Assembly (NCBI RefSeq): GCF_004010195.1
Contig: NC_057718.1
Location: 33,133,690 to 33,190,004 of the forward strand
Direction of reading: 5' to 3'
Source of the DNA: Chiloscyllium plagiosum
Lineage: Eukaryota
Length of the DNA: 56,315 nt
Positions 24,558 through 37,192 of this stretch are shown one piece after another. The position numbers and the translations under genes are program-made. Within the stretch, counting starts at the first letter, position 1. Every line of letters begins with the position of its first letter. Below the pieces are notes generated by a model. That model did no database searches. It was not told the DNA's origin and saw only the letters and a list, made by a program, of their open reading frames with translations.

Positions 24558-24593
24558 ATTCGACGTTTCGGGCACAGGCCCTTCTTCAGGAAT
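24558..24593 (-). ncRNA. Minimal type I hammerhead ribozyme motif, minus-strand copy
   Basis: Exact reverse complement of 24807-24842. Confidence 0.75.
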
Positions 24594-24806
24594 GAGCAGA
24601 GTGTTCAGCAGGAGAAGATAAAAGGTAGGGAGGAGGGACTTGGAGGAGGGGAGTTGGAAATGTCTTCTTCTTGACCTCTCCGCCTCCACCCTACTCCGAC
24701 CTATCACCCTCACCTTGACCTCTTTCCACCTATCACATTTCCAACTCCCCTCCTCCAAGTCCCTCCTCCCTACCTTTTATCTTCTCCTGCTGAACACTCT
24801 CTGCTC

Positions 24807-24842
24807 ATTCCTGAAGAAGGGCCTGTGCCCGAAACGTCGAAT
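24807..24842 (+). ncRNA. Minimal type I hammerhead ribozyme motif
   Basis: ATTC-CTGAAGA-A-GGGC ctgt GCCC-GAAAC-GTC-GAAT: stem I ATTC/GAAT, stem II GGGC/GCCC, palindromic stem III ACGT. Confidence 0.75.
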
Positions 24843-25259
24843 CTCCTGTTCCCTGGATGCTGCCTGACCTGCTGTGCTGTTCCAGCAATAAAGTTTCAAC
24901 AATGATATGTAAGTCAAGGGGGCACTGAAATGAATGGACTACCTGTTATTTTAAAAAAGTTGCTTCCAGTACATGGAATAACATTTCCCCACTCCATAAT
25001 GCAGTGGAGTCATGGAAAATACATTCAGAGGAAGTCATATTTTTGATCCTGAAGTGTTGAATTGACTTCAAGTGGGACTTAGGTTGACTTTAAAGAATAG
25101 TCTGCTGGTGAAGCTGGGACACTCTGCTATTATTGGTAACTTTGTTTTTCTTTCCACTTCATCCTGCACGAGTGTCTTTCCATGTGAAAGTGGCAAAAAG
25201 AAATTTGGGCAATACATTGCAGTCCCTGAAGAAAATTGTCCATTATTTCATCTCCAGAG

Positions 25260-25760
25260 GCATCATCTCCAAAGAGCAGAAGAGAAGGGGAAATGCCGCT
25301 GGCCAGGGCTGGGGCACCACGAGGCATAGCAAGCGAGGTGGGAAACCTGTTATAAGCAAGGAGCTGTGAAGAGGAGACTGCAAAATGACATGGGTGAATA
25401 TTAACCATGCTAATCTTCTAACCATGACTGCAGCATTCGGATTGCCAGTAATATTGGAACAGCACGCAGGAAGTGCCAATGGCTTATAGCAATAGCTGGA
25501 TTTCCAAAGGTATCAAGGGGTAATTGATTGTACCCATGTTGTAATGAAGGCTCCACCTGGATAGATTGGGTATCTATAAACAGGAAAGATGATTCCACCA
25601 ATGTCCAGATTGTGTCATTATAAAGAAAGAATAATGCAGATGTGGGTGTATGTTTTCTAAGTGTAGCATATATGGCAGACTACATTCTTGGACATTCCCA
25701 GGCGTTATTATATGATGTACTGCATGGGTGCAAATCTCTGGTAGTTTGTGGTTGGGCCAT
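25260..25760 (+). mobile_element. PIF/Harbinger transposase relic
   Basis: AGFPKV.GVIDCTHVVMKAP..INRK..NVQIV..DYILGHSQ, with frameshifts and stops (core motif at about 25495-25560). Confidence 0.85.
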
Positions 25761-26864
25761 TGTGCTGCCACCAATCCTCCTTTCTATGCTAGTTTACTGG
25801 GCTGTTCAAGATTCTGTGGAGGAATGAACTAAGAATAAATCTCAACACAAGAAATATTTGTCATAGAAAACAAGATATGGTTTATTACATCTCATTAATT
25901 ATGTACAAGCCACATATTACTATCAAGAAGCAGAGAAGACGTATGTGCCGCCATCCAGATATTGTACCCAAATGTCACTGCTCAATGCTTGAGAATACCC
26001 AATACTTCAAACAGTTAGTTATCAAACTGGGTGGAATTTCAGCTCATAGATTAACCCTTTCATTTCAATTATCATCCTCCCCCAAACATTTTACATTGTG
26101 AAAATTCCAATAGCAAAATGATTCCAGCTCGGCAACACCTACTTGGCTCTTGTCACCTTTCTCCATTGTTTCCCTGCCATGAACACCAGGGCCATATCTA
26201 TCGGGCAATGTAGATTCAGCAAATAGTGTCACACAGAGAAGTCTACATGAACACAAAGCCCAGTTAAGACCATATCCAATTCAAATCCATCACATTACAC
26301 ACAGATAAGGCGTTATTGCAACCAGAATTTCATGTGAGAAGGTCAATTGTTGAATTGCCCAACATTATTAAACATTCTTCCTAAATTACAAATATGAGCA
26401 CCTCCCAATGCAATTGTTGTGTATTTTTAATTCTCTTACAGGTGCTATGGCATGATGTCTCCCCCTTCACTACCAGCTGGAAACAGTCTGCTGATCCTTA
26501 TGCCCCCTTACTTAGGATGATTTTGGTATGTGTCCTATGGACTCCTGATACAGTAAGGGCCCTGACATAATGGAATCACCTGCATTGTGGTGGAGGTTCA
26601 TCTATTGCTGCAGTTCTTGGAGGTATCTGTGACATTGGCAGGGGGCTGTCTCCATCAGAGATGCCCTGTGAAATGTCTCCCAATGTTGTCAACAGATGCA
26701 CACCCTCGACCATGAGGCTCAGTTGGCTCCTGTCTGATGCCCTGAGGGGATTCATATGCTGATGTGACTCTAAGATACTTGTCACACTCTCGGGCTGGCT
26801 CTAGGCACTGGACTGAATACATATCCCTTTGTTTTTCATGACAGCCATCAACTTGCAATGGAAG

Positions 26865-27610
26865 TGTGAAGACACTGGGTAAAACCCCCTGCTAATTTAA
26901 ACCAGCAACACAGAAAAGACTTACCCCGGGCTGTAATCTGTGAACATTCAAGAGACAAAGAACCATCCCAAAAGTCACGATTTAAAATTAAAAATTAACA
27001 ACTTTACTTTTTAAAGTCTAACAGAGAATAATAAACTAACAACTATTTACAACTCATTTATCTAACCTATCTTTTGCTTTCCCTTCTACAATACTGGTCC
27101 AATAAAAACCCTGATTAAGATTTACAAAAAGTTCAAGTTTCAAAACCAGCCAGCTGTCGAGCCTTCTCTTTCTATCTTCCTCTGTAGATTTTCTCTCCAG
27201 ATCGCTGTCAATGTTTTTATCTTCACAAACTCCTTCTCCAGACAGGTACATCTCAGAGAATTCTTACTAGCAGACTCCATCTGTTGGTCTTTTGGCAGTT
27301 CGGTTTGCTGTTCTGGGTAACTGTTAAACTATTAGATTTTGTACCTCAAAACATCGGATCGTTTCATTGGTTTTAATATTGTTAAAATACTAAATTCAAA
27401 CCTGATTGGAGTTTAGTATCTTGGGGCATAATTTAAACCAACTAGCTGAATTGGAATTTGGTTTTGTATCCAGGCAACACAGCTCTTAGATAGTTGTTTG
27501 ACCAAATGTTACAATGTTACGATGTTCAGAACACTTGGTGCTGTGTCGGGTAGTTCTGCTAGCTTTTCAACTCTCTTAAAGGTACAGTACATCTCTACAC
27601 CTTCATAACA
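26865..27610 (-). mobile_element. Solo LTR (Gypsy-like)
   Basis: TG..CA termini (TGTGAAG..CATAACA), 746 bp, 4-bp flanks GAAG/AAAG with one mismatch, no internal coding sequence. Confidence 0.75.
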
Positions 27611-28110
27611 AAAGCAACTGTGTGTTCTGAAGAGTGAGTGATCAGCGCTCATGTGGTCTGGACAGACTCTTTCACTCTCTCTTCCAGTGCCTTCAACGCC
27701 TCTGGAATCTCTTCCTCATCTCCATGTACCTTGCATTGTACGTCAGCATCTCCTACCTGACTCAAGAGGCTCATCATCAGTGTGGGGCTCAAAACCTCAG
27801 TCATCTCCAATACTCTTCAAATTACCAGACAGCTGCTCCATCTTAGTCTCCTAGAGTTGTTTCTGACTGTCATCTGTTCTCACCATAGCATGAATCTCAC
27901 AGAATTCTCTCACGCGTGCTCACTGCAGTTTGCAGATCTGTGTTAGCGCATGGTGTGAAGTAAGGATGTGATGTTGCTCCCTCTGACACTCCATCCTTCT
28001 TGTTAGCTGTTATCAATGTTCCCTTGGGTCTGGTGGCTACAGCTGCTGATAGACCTGATGTTTATGGAGGAGATGAAAACAAGAAGATTGCTTTCGAAAA
28101 GATGCACTTC

Positions 28111-28133
28111 CACACACACACACACACACACAC
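28111..28133. repeat. (CA)n microsatellite
   Basis: Read directly from the sequence. Confidence 0.95.
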
Positions 28134-28789
28134 AAAGACACACTCTGGCACCAATGCGAGAGATGGTAAGCAGGGTTTAAACCTCAGGCCCTTCAACATT
28201 GAGTAAACATTGCTTCCTGAATTCTTCAAGTCCCCAAAGTCCAAACCCATCATGGTTGCATTTCCATTACCTTGCCATCTTCCCAAGCTTCCAATATAAT
28301 CCCCATCCCTATCCTCTTCAGCACTGTGTGTAGGAAAAAAACTATGTGCTCTTAGAGTCTGACCTTCCTGGGACCTTTCTCAAACGTCTTGTCACCTAAT
28401 GACTCAACTCTATTAATTGATTGCTATCTCCAAACTTCCTCCACAATAAGAGTGAGATTAACCAGGTTTGCAGATCTATTTGCAGTCTTGAGTGTGTTTT
28501 AGACACTATGTGCTCCCTTCTCCTTCAAATAAAAATGAACATTTGCTGTGCACCAATCATTCCCTCAGAGGTGCGACCAATGTGTATTTTGTTGATGGTC
28601 AACATTTCTCAGTGCTCCTTGCCAGCTAATAGGAGTTACTATTCAAAGGTTATATTCTAGACTATGCCCTGGTTGCCATGCAGATTAGCATGTCTGCATC
28701 ATGCAGCCTTCTACACTTGGGCAAGGCTCTAGTAAGTTCCACATCACATCTACACACCCTTCCATACAGATCCATTTCTGTCTATGCAC

Positions 28790-29010
28790 TTTCTATGGGC
28801 AGATAACGAGATGTCAGTGAGTTTTTATCGGCACAACAATCGGATCTTTGGACAATCCCATGGCTGCTGATCTCCTCTGCAACTTTCATCCAGGCTTCTT
28901 TGGTCTGGCTGGAGGTTTCCTTGTCCACCTCCTATCAATCACTTATAGCCTGGAGAACAATCCTTAGGGAGTCCTCATCAAAACACGGATATGTCTTTGG
29001 CCTGGGTTCC
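28790..29010 (-). mobile_element. Harbinger Myb/SANT-like DNA-binding ORF relic
   Basis: PCFDEDSLRIVLQAI..TKEAWMKVAEEISSHGIVQRS..CR*KLTDI (consensus PRFSDxSLEVLL..AWxEVAEEVS..QCRKRFNDL). Confidence 0.75.
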
Positions 29011-30419
29011 TCTGGAGCGGGCTGCTCTATTCTCTTCCTTGTTTGTGTGGAGTGAAAGAGGGATAAAGGGTTGAATTTGAGCCTTTTTCAAAACATTTAT
29101 TATCCACAAGGGGAAGGGACCAGCTGCATTCAAATGTTCTTTCCTCTTCGCAAATGTCTGGAATGATTTACTCCTAGCACAATTATCATCAACATTTAAA
29201 ACAATAATCTTTGTCATTGATGCTGCAATAGTGATTTTAACAGAGATGAAAAAAAAAGCAAATTCTCTGTGGTAACTGCCACAGTATATGTGTGTTTAGG
29301 AATAACTTCTGCTTCATAATTTGGTCACTTACTGCCTGGATGTTCCATCTTTTTTGCCCAATTGGATGCATTTCCCACCATTCTTCCCATTCAATGTTTA
29401 GCTTTCAGATAGTTAGCTACTAATTGAATATATTATCAGGGCTTTAAAAGGTGAGGTTGAAAAGCAGTGATCCATACACTTGAGGATTGGAGCCCCCCGC
29501 CCCTCCCCAAACCAAGCAGTGTAAATGTCAGCCAGATGTTACAAGCTACATCAGTGTCATCAGATGTCTGGCTGGGATAGCTCTGTCCCAGAATGCAACT
29601 GCTGAGTTCTTGGCGTATGGAATTGATGACACTGCTGGAAAATGGGATGATTGTCGATAGGTCAATGCAGACTTAATGGACCAAAAGCCCTCTTCTGTGC
29701 TGCACTACCTCAGAGCTATAAGAGAAACTCACAAAAACAGCTAGCAAATTTGGGCACAGTTCTTTAAATTTATTCTTTCCTGTAGTTAACCATTGAGTAA
29801 TCTGGAAAGCTTGTTTTATTCTAGTGTTCATCTAGTGAGGCAAAAGATAGGAACAGAGAAATAATCTGTAGAACACAAAATGATATTTTTAAAACATTTG
29901 TATATGGTGGACCCTAATCCAGCTGCTTCTACCAGACACTAATATCGTGCCAAGAGGAATATTTCTAAGCATGTGATTGCGAACAAGAATTTAATGTTAG
30001 GCCTTCCTAGCCCAGATACTTTTTGCAACTTGAATATCCTTCTCCACTGAGTGCTAGTGAAATGAGAATGGCAGACTGTTGTGAACGCAGCTTAGAGATT
30101 GATGGGAAACTCTACTACTCTAGAGATTTGAAATGTTGTTTACTCCCATCAGTTGTGCTGTCTTGAGAAAACAACAGGCATTTTGGCAAGGTTGCTAACA
30201 GGGATTACACAGAGACAACAAAAATAGCCAAAAGCAGTGACAAAAATATAGACATGCGAGAATGTTCTGTAAGCGACTATTTCTAAGTCCTCTGGATTTC
30301 AATTAAAGTCAGCTCTTTCACCAAGTCTGATCGCCTTTGTTCTCAATGCAATTATCTGCATAGTGACTCATTTCAAAAGGTTTAACTCATTTGCTGTTAC
30401 TTTAACAGGAAAATATAAC

Positions 30420-30478
30420 CTTCTGCAGATATTCTGCTTCTGTATTTCCTCATTCCAATTTCTCACTGTGCTACAGTA
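30420..30478 (-). CDS. Exon, copy A: YCSTVRNWNEEIQKQNICR
   Basis: Acceptor ttttacaattcctgtttcag, donor AAG|gttata. Confidence 0.5.
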
Positions 30479-30539
30479 CTGAAACAGGAATTGTAAAAGT
30501 CAAATATGACAAATGTGACTGTTACAAAGGTAAACTCCT

Positions 30540-31880
30540 GCTTCTCAAACTGTCTGCATCTTTTGACACAGTTGACTGTTCCAGGCTCCTCCAATGTCAC
30601 CCATTGGGATGGAGCAGCACTTTCTGGTTTTATTCTTAGTTATTTAATCATCACCAGAGAATCACTTGTAACCATGCTCCTGCATAATTTCCAGAATATG
30701 TCCTGGGTCACCATTTATTTCTCCTTAACAAGCGCAACTAAGAACCCAACATTAGTTTTCAGATGAACATTTATGACACCCAACTCTACCTCACCACCAT
30801 TTCTTCAACATTTAAATGCACCAGCCTTTGTATCAATCTTTCATGAGAAATAGGCAAAGCCAGTATTTGTTGTCCATCCCTAATTGCCTTTGAACTGTGA
30901 CTTGATAGGCTATTTCATATATAACCACATTGCTGTGGAGTCTGAATTTATGTATAGGCCAATAGATGACAAATTTCTCTGTCAGATTTTCTTCTGTCAA
31001 GGGGAATTTAGTAAGTCACAGTTTTAAAACAATTAGTAGATAGTTTCATGACTAGCTTTATATTTGCTTGAACTTAATACCTCTGCAATAAAACTCAAAC
31101 AGTTTGCATCATGGAATTTGAAACCTGGGCCTATGGATTACTAATCCAGTAACAGTACCAAGATGTCACTGCCTCCCCTAAGCACGAGATGTGTATGAAA
31201 TTACTCCTTTCTACAAACTCCAACCCTAGCCACCAATATAATTGTTAACTGACTGAGGTTGAACTAGATTGCACACAACCCTAGTGTTTTACTTGGACCC
31301 AACATGAGCTTCTGACCACATATTAAGGCCATCATTAAGATTTCCTATTTCCACACTCTTAACTCATTGTCATGTTGAAATCCTTATCCATGCCTTTATT
31401 GCCCCTAAACTTGAATATTCTAAAGCATTTCTGGCCAAACTCTCACATTTTTTCCTCTTTAAACTAGGGAAAATCTGAGACCATGCTCTATGTTCTAAGT
31501 GCTCACCAACCATCATCGTTGTTCTCACTGCCTGACACTGGTTCACAAATAGGAAATGGTCATTTTCATTTTTGTTTCCAAATTACTGTGTAGACCCCCC
31601 TATCTTTCTGATTTCTTCCAGGCCTTCAGGGTGTTTGCATTCCTCTATTTCTAGTTTCATGAATATTGCCAATTCTAATTAGTCCATCATTGTTGGCTGT
31701 ACCTTCAGCTACTCAGATCCTTAGCCCTGAACTCCCCTCAGAAAACTCACTGCTGCTCCAACCACTCTCTTACTTTAAAATATTCATTAAAACCTGTCTC
31801 TTTGACCAAGAACTTTTTGACATCTACATTGGTACCGCCTTAAATGGCTCAATGTCAAATTTTGTTTTATAATGCTCCTG
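30540..31880 (+). mobile_element. Old L2-type LINE fragment with a minus-strand tRNA-SINE inserted at about 30840-31180
   Basis: FDTVD and DTQLYL RT remnants; the SINE is homologous to 42345-42667. Confidence 0.65.
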
Positions 31881-31884
31881 TGGA

Positions 31885-32240
31885 TTACATTTAAGTTATG
31901 AAGAGAGATTGGATAGACTGGAGTTGTTTTCCTTGAAAAGAAGAGACTAAGGGAGGACAGGATATGTATAAAATTATGTGGGACATAAACAGGGTCGATG
32001 GGAATAAGCCTTTCCTCTTGGTGGAGGGGTCAATGACCAGGACCCATAGATTTAAGGTAAGGTGCAGCAGGTTTAAGGGGCTGTGAGAAAATTTTATTTT
32101 ACCCAGAGGGTGGTAGGAATCTGGGACCTACTGCCTTTAGGGGTAGTAGAGACAGAAAGCCTCCTAACATTTAAAAAGCACTTATGAAGCCAAAGCACAC
32201 AAGTCCATGGACCAAATGTTGGAAAATGGAACTAGGATTG
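31885..32240 (+). mobile_element. CR1 3' fragment
   Basis: LSYEERLDRLELFSLKRRD motif. Confidence 0.85.
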
Positions 32241-32575
32241 CTCCATTTGTCGAGAGGTGAGAGTGAGGATGAAAGGATTGCTGGAAAGGTGAGTGAAACC
32301 ATTTTAAAAAACTTACCAGAGGCCTCGGGGCCTCCATTTGTCAAGAAGTGAAAATGAGGAACAGAGAGCTGCTGGGAAAATGAGTGCAACTGTTTAAAAA
32401 ACTTACCTCGGGTGTCGGAGCTTCCATTTGTCGAGAAGTGAGAACGGGGACCACAGGGCTGCTGAGACAGTGAGTGAAACCATTTGAAAAAACTTACCTC
32501 GAGTGTCGGGGCTTCCATTGTCAAGAGGTGAGAGTGAGAGTGAGAACCAGAGAGCTACTGGGAAGGTGAATTGAG
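32241..32575 (+). repeat. About 90-bp tandem repeat (3.5 units) in the CR1 5'UTR
   Basis: Units start with CTCCATTTGTC at about 32241, 32332, 32422 and 32513. Confidence 0.9.
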
Positions 32576-34233
32576 TAGCGGCTGAATCCGAGACACTACA
32601 CGCCCTCCTCCTCCTCCTCTAACCAAAAGAAAAGGGACTCTGTGGTGAGATGATGAGGTAAGGTTTTCTATTTCCTTTTTTTATTGTTTTATCGAGTGAT
32701 TTGGTAAAAACTTTCCTTTTTCGTTTACCTAAGCTAAGACTAAAGTTAAATTTAAGGTTAAAAATGGCAGGAGATCTCAGACCCGTGTTATGGTCATTTT
32801 GCTCAATGTGGGACTCAGGGACACAGCTGATATCCCTGGCTCCTTCACATGCAGGAAGCGTGTCCAGTTGCAGCTCTTGTTAGACTGCATGACGGCTCTG
32901 GAGCTGCGGATGAACTCACTTTGGAGCATAAGTGATGCTGAGAGGGTCGGGGATAGCACATTTATTGAAATGGTCACACCGCAGATTAGGATTGCTGAGG
33001 GAGAAAGGGAATGGGTGACCAAAAGGCAGAGAAAGAGCAGTAAGGCAGTGCAGGTGTCCCCTGCGGTCATCTCCCTCCAAAACAGGTATACTGTTTTGGA
33101 TACTTTTGGGGGAGATGGCCTGTTAGGGGAAGGCACCAGTAGCCAAAGTCAGACCTGAGAGATAGTAATCTCAGAATTGCTACCAGTGCCACACGCTAGT
33201 CAGAGTAGGAATGATAGAATAAGCAGGATGAATTCATGGCTTGAGAGATGGTGCAGGAGGAAAGGGAACAGATGTTTGGGACATTGGGACTGGTTCTGGG
33301 GAATGTGAGACTATTACAAATTGGGCAGTCTCCACCTGGGCCAGACTGGAACCAATGTCCTTGGGGGTGCTTTGCTAATGCTGTTGGGGAGGGTTTAAAC
33401 TAATGTGGCAGGGGGTTTGGAACCAAATGAGGTTAGAGGACAGTAAGGAAACAGTAACTAAAGCCTGTAACAAACTGGATAATGAAGTCAGTGTTCCTAA
33501 GGGAAAGAGGAGGCAGAGAACAGATGATGAATGCAAAGGGACTGGTGGTCTGAGGTGCATTTGTTTTAATGCAAGAAGTATAGTAGGTAAGGCGGATGAA
33601 CTTAGGGCTTGGATTAGTATCTGGGAGCCTGATGTTATTGCTGTTACTGAGACTTGGTTGAGGGAAGGGCATATCCCGAGATATCGATGCTTCAGATGGG
33701 ATAGAGAAGGAGGTAAAGGGGGTGGAGGAGTTGCATTACTGGTCAAAGAAAAAAATCACAGCTGTGCTGAAGAAGGATACTATGGAAGATTTGAGCAGTG
33801 AGGCAAGATGGGCAGAGCTCAGAAATAGGAAGGGTGCAGTAACAATGTTGGGACTGCACTACAGGTCTCCCAACAGCGAATGTGAGATAGAGGGCAAATA
33901 TGTAAAAAGATCATGGAAAGATGTAGGAGCAACAGGATGATGATGATGGGAGATTTTAATTTTCCCAACATTGAATGGGATTCACTTCATGTTAGGTGGA
34001 GCAGAATTTGTAAGGAGCATCCAGGAGGGTTTTCTAGAGCAGTTTGCAAATAATCCAACTCGGTAAGGGGTCATACTGGACCTGGTGTTGGGAAATTAGC
34101 CCAACCAGGTGGTTGATGTTTCAGATAGAGATTATTTTGGGAATAGTGGTCACAATTCCATAAGTTTTAGAATACTCATGGACAAAGACAAGGGTGGTCC
34201 TAAAGGAAGAGTGCTAAATTGGGGAAGGCCAAT

Positions 34234-34556
34234 TGGCACAGTGGTTAGCACTGCTGCCTCACAGCGCTAGAGACCCGGGTTCAATTCCCGCCTCAGGCGA
34301 CTGACTGTGAGGAGTTTGCACGTTCTCCCTGTGTCTGCATGGGATTCCTTCGGGTGCTCCGGTTTCCTCCCACAGTCCACTGATGTGCAGGTCAGGTGAA
34401 TTGGCCATGCTAAATTGCCCGTAGTGTTAGGTAAGGGGTAAATGTATGGGTATGGGTATGGGTGGGTTGCGCTTCGGCGGGGCGGTGTGGACTTGTTGGG
34501 CCGAAGGGCCTGTTTCCACACTGTAGGTAATCTGTAAGTAATCTAATCTAATCTAA
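34234..34556 (+). mobile_element. HE1-type V-SINE nested in CR1 ORF2
   Basis: Same family as 15396-15713; CR1 sequence resumes after the tail. Confidence 0.95.
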
Positions 34557-35482
34557 GTATATCAAAATTCAGCAGAGCTGGGGAATGTAGAGCAGCTTTT
34601 TGAAGGTGAATCCACATTTGATATATGGGATGCTTTTAAAGAGAGGTTGATTAGAGTCAGGAGAGGTATATTCTTGTGAAAATGAGGGATCGAAATGGCA
34701 AGGTTAGGGAACTATGGATGACAAGTGAAATAGTGAGACTAAGAGGAAAAAAATGCGTATTTAAGGTCTAGGCAACTGAAAACAGACAAAGCTTTGGAAG
34801 AATATCTGGAATGTTGAACAAATCTGAAACGAGGAATTACAAGAGCTAAAAGAGGCAATGAGATATCTTTAGCAATGGGGTTAAGGAAAATCCCAAAGCC
34901 TTTTTGTTCATATATAAGTAGCAAGAAGGTAACTAGAGAAAGGGTTGGCTCACTCAAGGACAAAAAAGGAAAGTTATGCGTGGAGTCAGAGCAAATGGAT
35001 GAGATTCTAACGAGTGCTTTCACTGAGGAGAGGGACATAATGGATATTATGTTGAAATTAGGGATAGATCTTTGAGTACTCTAAGTCAAGTCAGCATGAG
35101 GAGGGAGGAGGTTTTGGGTATTCTAAAAAGCATTAAGGTAGACAAGTCCCCAGGTCCGGATGGGATTAACCCCAGGATACTGAGGGAAACAAGAGAGGAA
35201 CTAGCTGGGGCTTTAACAAATATCTTTGCAGTATCCTTGAACATAGGTAAGGTCCCAAAGGATTAAAGAATTGCTAATATTGTCCCCTTGTTTAAGAAGG
35301 GTAGCAGGAATACTCCAGGTTATTATAGACTAGTGAGTCTGACATCAGTGGTAGGGAAGCTGCTAGAGAAGATACTGAGGGATAGGATCTATTCCCATTT
35401 GGAAGAAAATGGGCTTATCAGTAGTGGAGAGCATGATTTTGTAGAGGGAAGATCATGTCTTACAAACCCAATAGAGTTGGTG

Positions 35483-35798
35483 GGCGGCACGGTGGCACAG
35501 TGGTTAGCACTGCTGCCTCACAACGTCAGAGACCCGGGTTCAATTCCCGCCTCAGGCGACTGACTGTGTGGAGTTTGCACATTCTCCCCGTGTCTGCGTG
35601 GGTTTCCTCCGGGTGCTCCGGTTTCCTCCCACAGTCCAAAGATGTGCAGGTTAGGTGAATTGGCCATGCTAAATTGCCCGTAGTATTAGGTAAAGGGTAA
35701 ATGTAGGGGTATGGGTGGGTTGCGCTTCGGTGGGGCGGTGTGGACTTGTTGGGCCGAAGGGCCTGTTTCCACACTGTAAGTAATCTAATCTAATCTAA
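35483..35798 (+). mobile_element. HE1-type V-SINE nested in the CR1 RT
   Basis: Interrupts SCLTNPIE|FFEEV. Confidence 0.95.
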
Positions 35799-36929
35799 TT
35801 CTTTGAGGAGGTGGCAAAGTTAATCAATGGGGGAAGGGCTGTAAATGTCATTTACATGGATTTTAGTAAAGCATTTGATAAGGTTCCCCATGGTAGGTTG
35901 ATGGAGAAGATGAACTTGCATGGGGTCTAGGTTGTTCTACCTATATGGATAAAGAACTGGCTAGACAACAGGAGACAGAGAATAGTAATAGAAGGGAGTT
36001 TCTCAAAATGGAGACCTGTGACCAGTGGTGTTGCACAGGGATCCGTGCGGGGACCACTGTTGTTTGTGATATATATAAATGATTTGGAGGAAGATATCGG
36101 TTGCCTCATTAGCAAGTTTGCAGATGACACTAAGATTGATGGAGTAGCAGATAGTGAAGGGGACTGTCAGAGAATACAGCAGAATGTAGATAGATTGGAG
36201 AGATGGGCAGAGAAATGGCAGATGGAGTTCAATCTGGGCAAATGGGAGGTGATACATTTTGGAAGTTCCAAATCAAGACCAAACTATACAGTAAATGGAA
36301 AAGTCCTGGGGAAAATTGACGTACAGAGAGATTTGGGTGTTCAGGTCCTTTGTTCCCTGAAGGTGGCAACGCAGGTCAGTAAAGTGGTCAAGAAGGCATA
36401 GGGCATGCTTTCCTTCATTGGACAGGGTATTGAGTACAAGAGTTGGCAGGTCATGTTACAGTTGTATGGACTTTGGTTCGACCGCATTTAGAATACTGTG
36501 TACAGTTCTGGACGCCACATTACCAAAAGGATGTGGATGCTTTAGAGAGGGTGCAGAGGAAGTCCACCACGATATTGCCTGGTATGGAGGGTGTTAGCTA
36601 TGAAGAGAGGTTGAATGGATTAGGATTATTTTCATTAGAAAAACGGAGGTTGAAGGGGGACCTGATTGAAATCTACAAAATCATGAGAGGCATAGACAGG
36701 GTGGATAGAGATAAGCTTTTTCCCAGCATGCAAAACTCAATTACTCGGGGTCACAAGTTCAAAGTGAGGGGGAAAGGTTTAGGGGACATATATGTGGAAA
36801 GTTCTTTACACAGAGGTTGGTGGGGGCCTGGACATGGTAGAGGCGAGAATGATAGCATCATTTAAGATACATCTAGACAGATATATGAATGGGCAGGGAG
36901 CAAAGGGATACAGATCCAATTTCTTGAAG

Positions 36930-37192
36930 GTCAGCAGCATCCCTGACACCATCTGACACTTTTGATCACCTGCAGAGACTTGTTATTTGGCCTGTTGACA
37001 CTTCACTCACACCATCTGTACTATTTTTTGATCTCTCCGCCTATAAATTCTGTGCCTGTGTGTTTTTCTTCACTTCACCTGGTGAAGGAGCAGTGCTTGT
37101 GATTTCAAATAAACCTGTTGGACTATAACCTGGTGTTGTGTGACTTCTGACCTTGTCCATTCCAGTCTAACACTGGCACCTCCATATCACAT
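36930..37192 (+). mobile_element. Penelope-type terminal repeat, third family
   Basis: CACCTGGTGAAGGAGCAGTGCT..AATAAACCTGTTGGACTATAACC; related to 51147-51305. Confidence 0.65.

Larger units (their letters stand above)
24464..24898. mobile_element. Young Penelope-derived fold-back insertion with two intact minimal hammerhead cores
   Basis: Near-perfect inverted arms of about 165 bp (24500-24663, 24736-24900); 15-bp TSD ACAATGATATGTAAG at 24449-24463 and 24899-24913. Confidence 0.9.
32241..36918 (+). mobile_element. Near full-length CR1 LINE (5'UTR, ORF1 zinc finger/leucine zipper plus SGNH esterase, ORF2 APE-RT), disabled
   Basis: ORF1 from ATG 32764 (MAGDLRPV..TCRKRVQLQLLL..ISLQNRY); esterase remnant to 33403; ORF2 motifs FNARSI, AVTETWL, GDFNFP, KSPGPDGI, GVAQGSV, KFADDTK; many frameshifts. 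Confidence 0.95.

Noticed and set aside
24495..24867. Near-identical ORFs on opposite strands (MEEGSWKC..)
   Set aside because: A consequence of the inverted repeat. They are not genes.
32241..32575. Regularly spaced repeats suggesting a CRISPR-like array
   Set aside because: Whole units are homologous with no unique spacers, there are no cas genes, and the context is a eukaryotic LINE 5'UTR.
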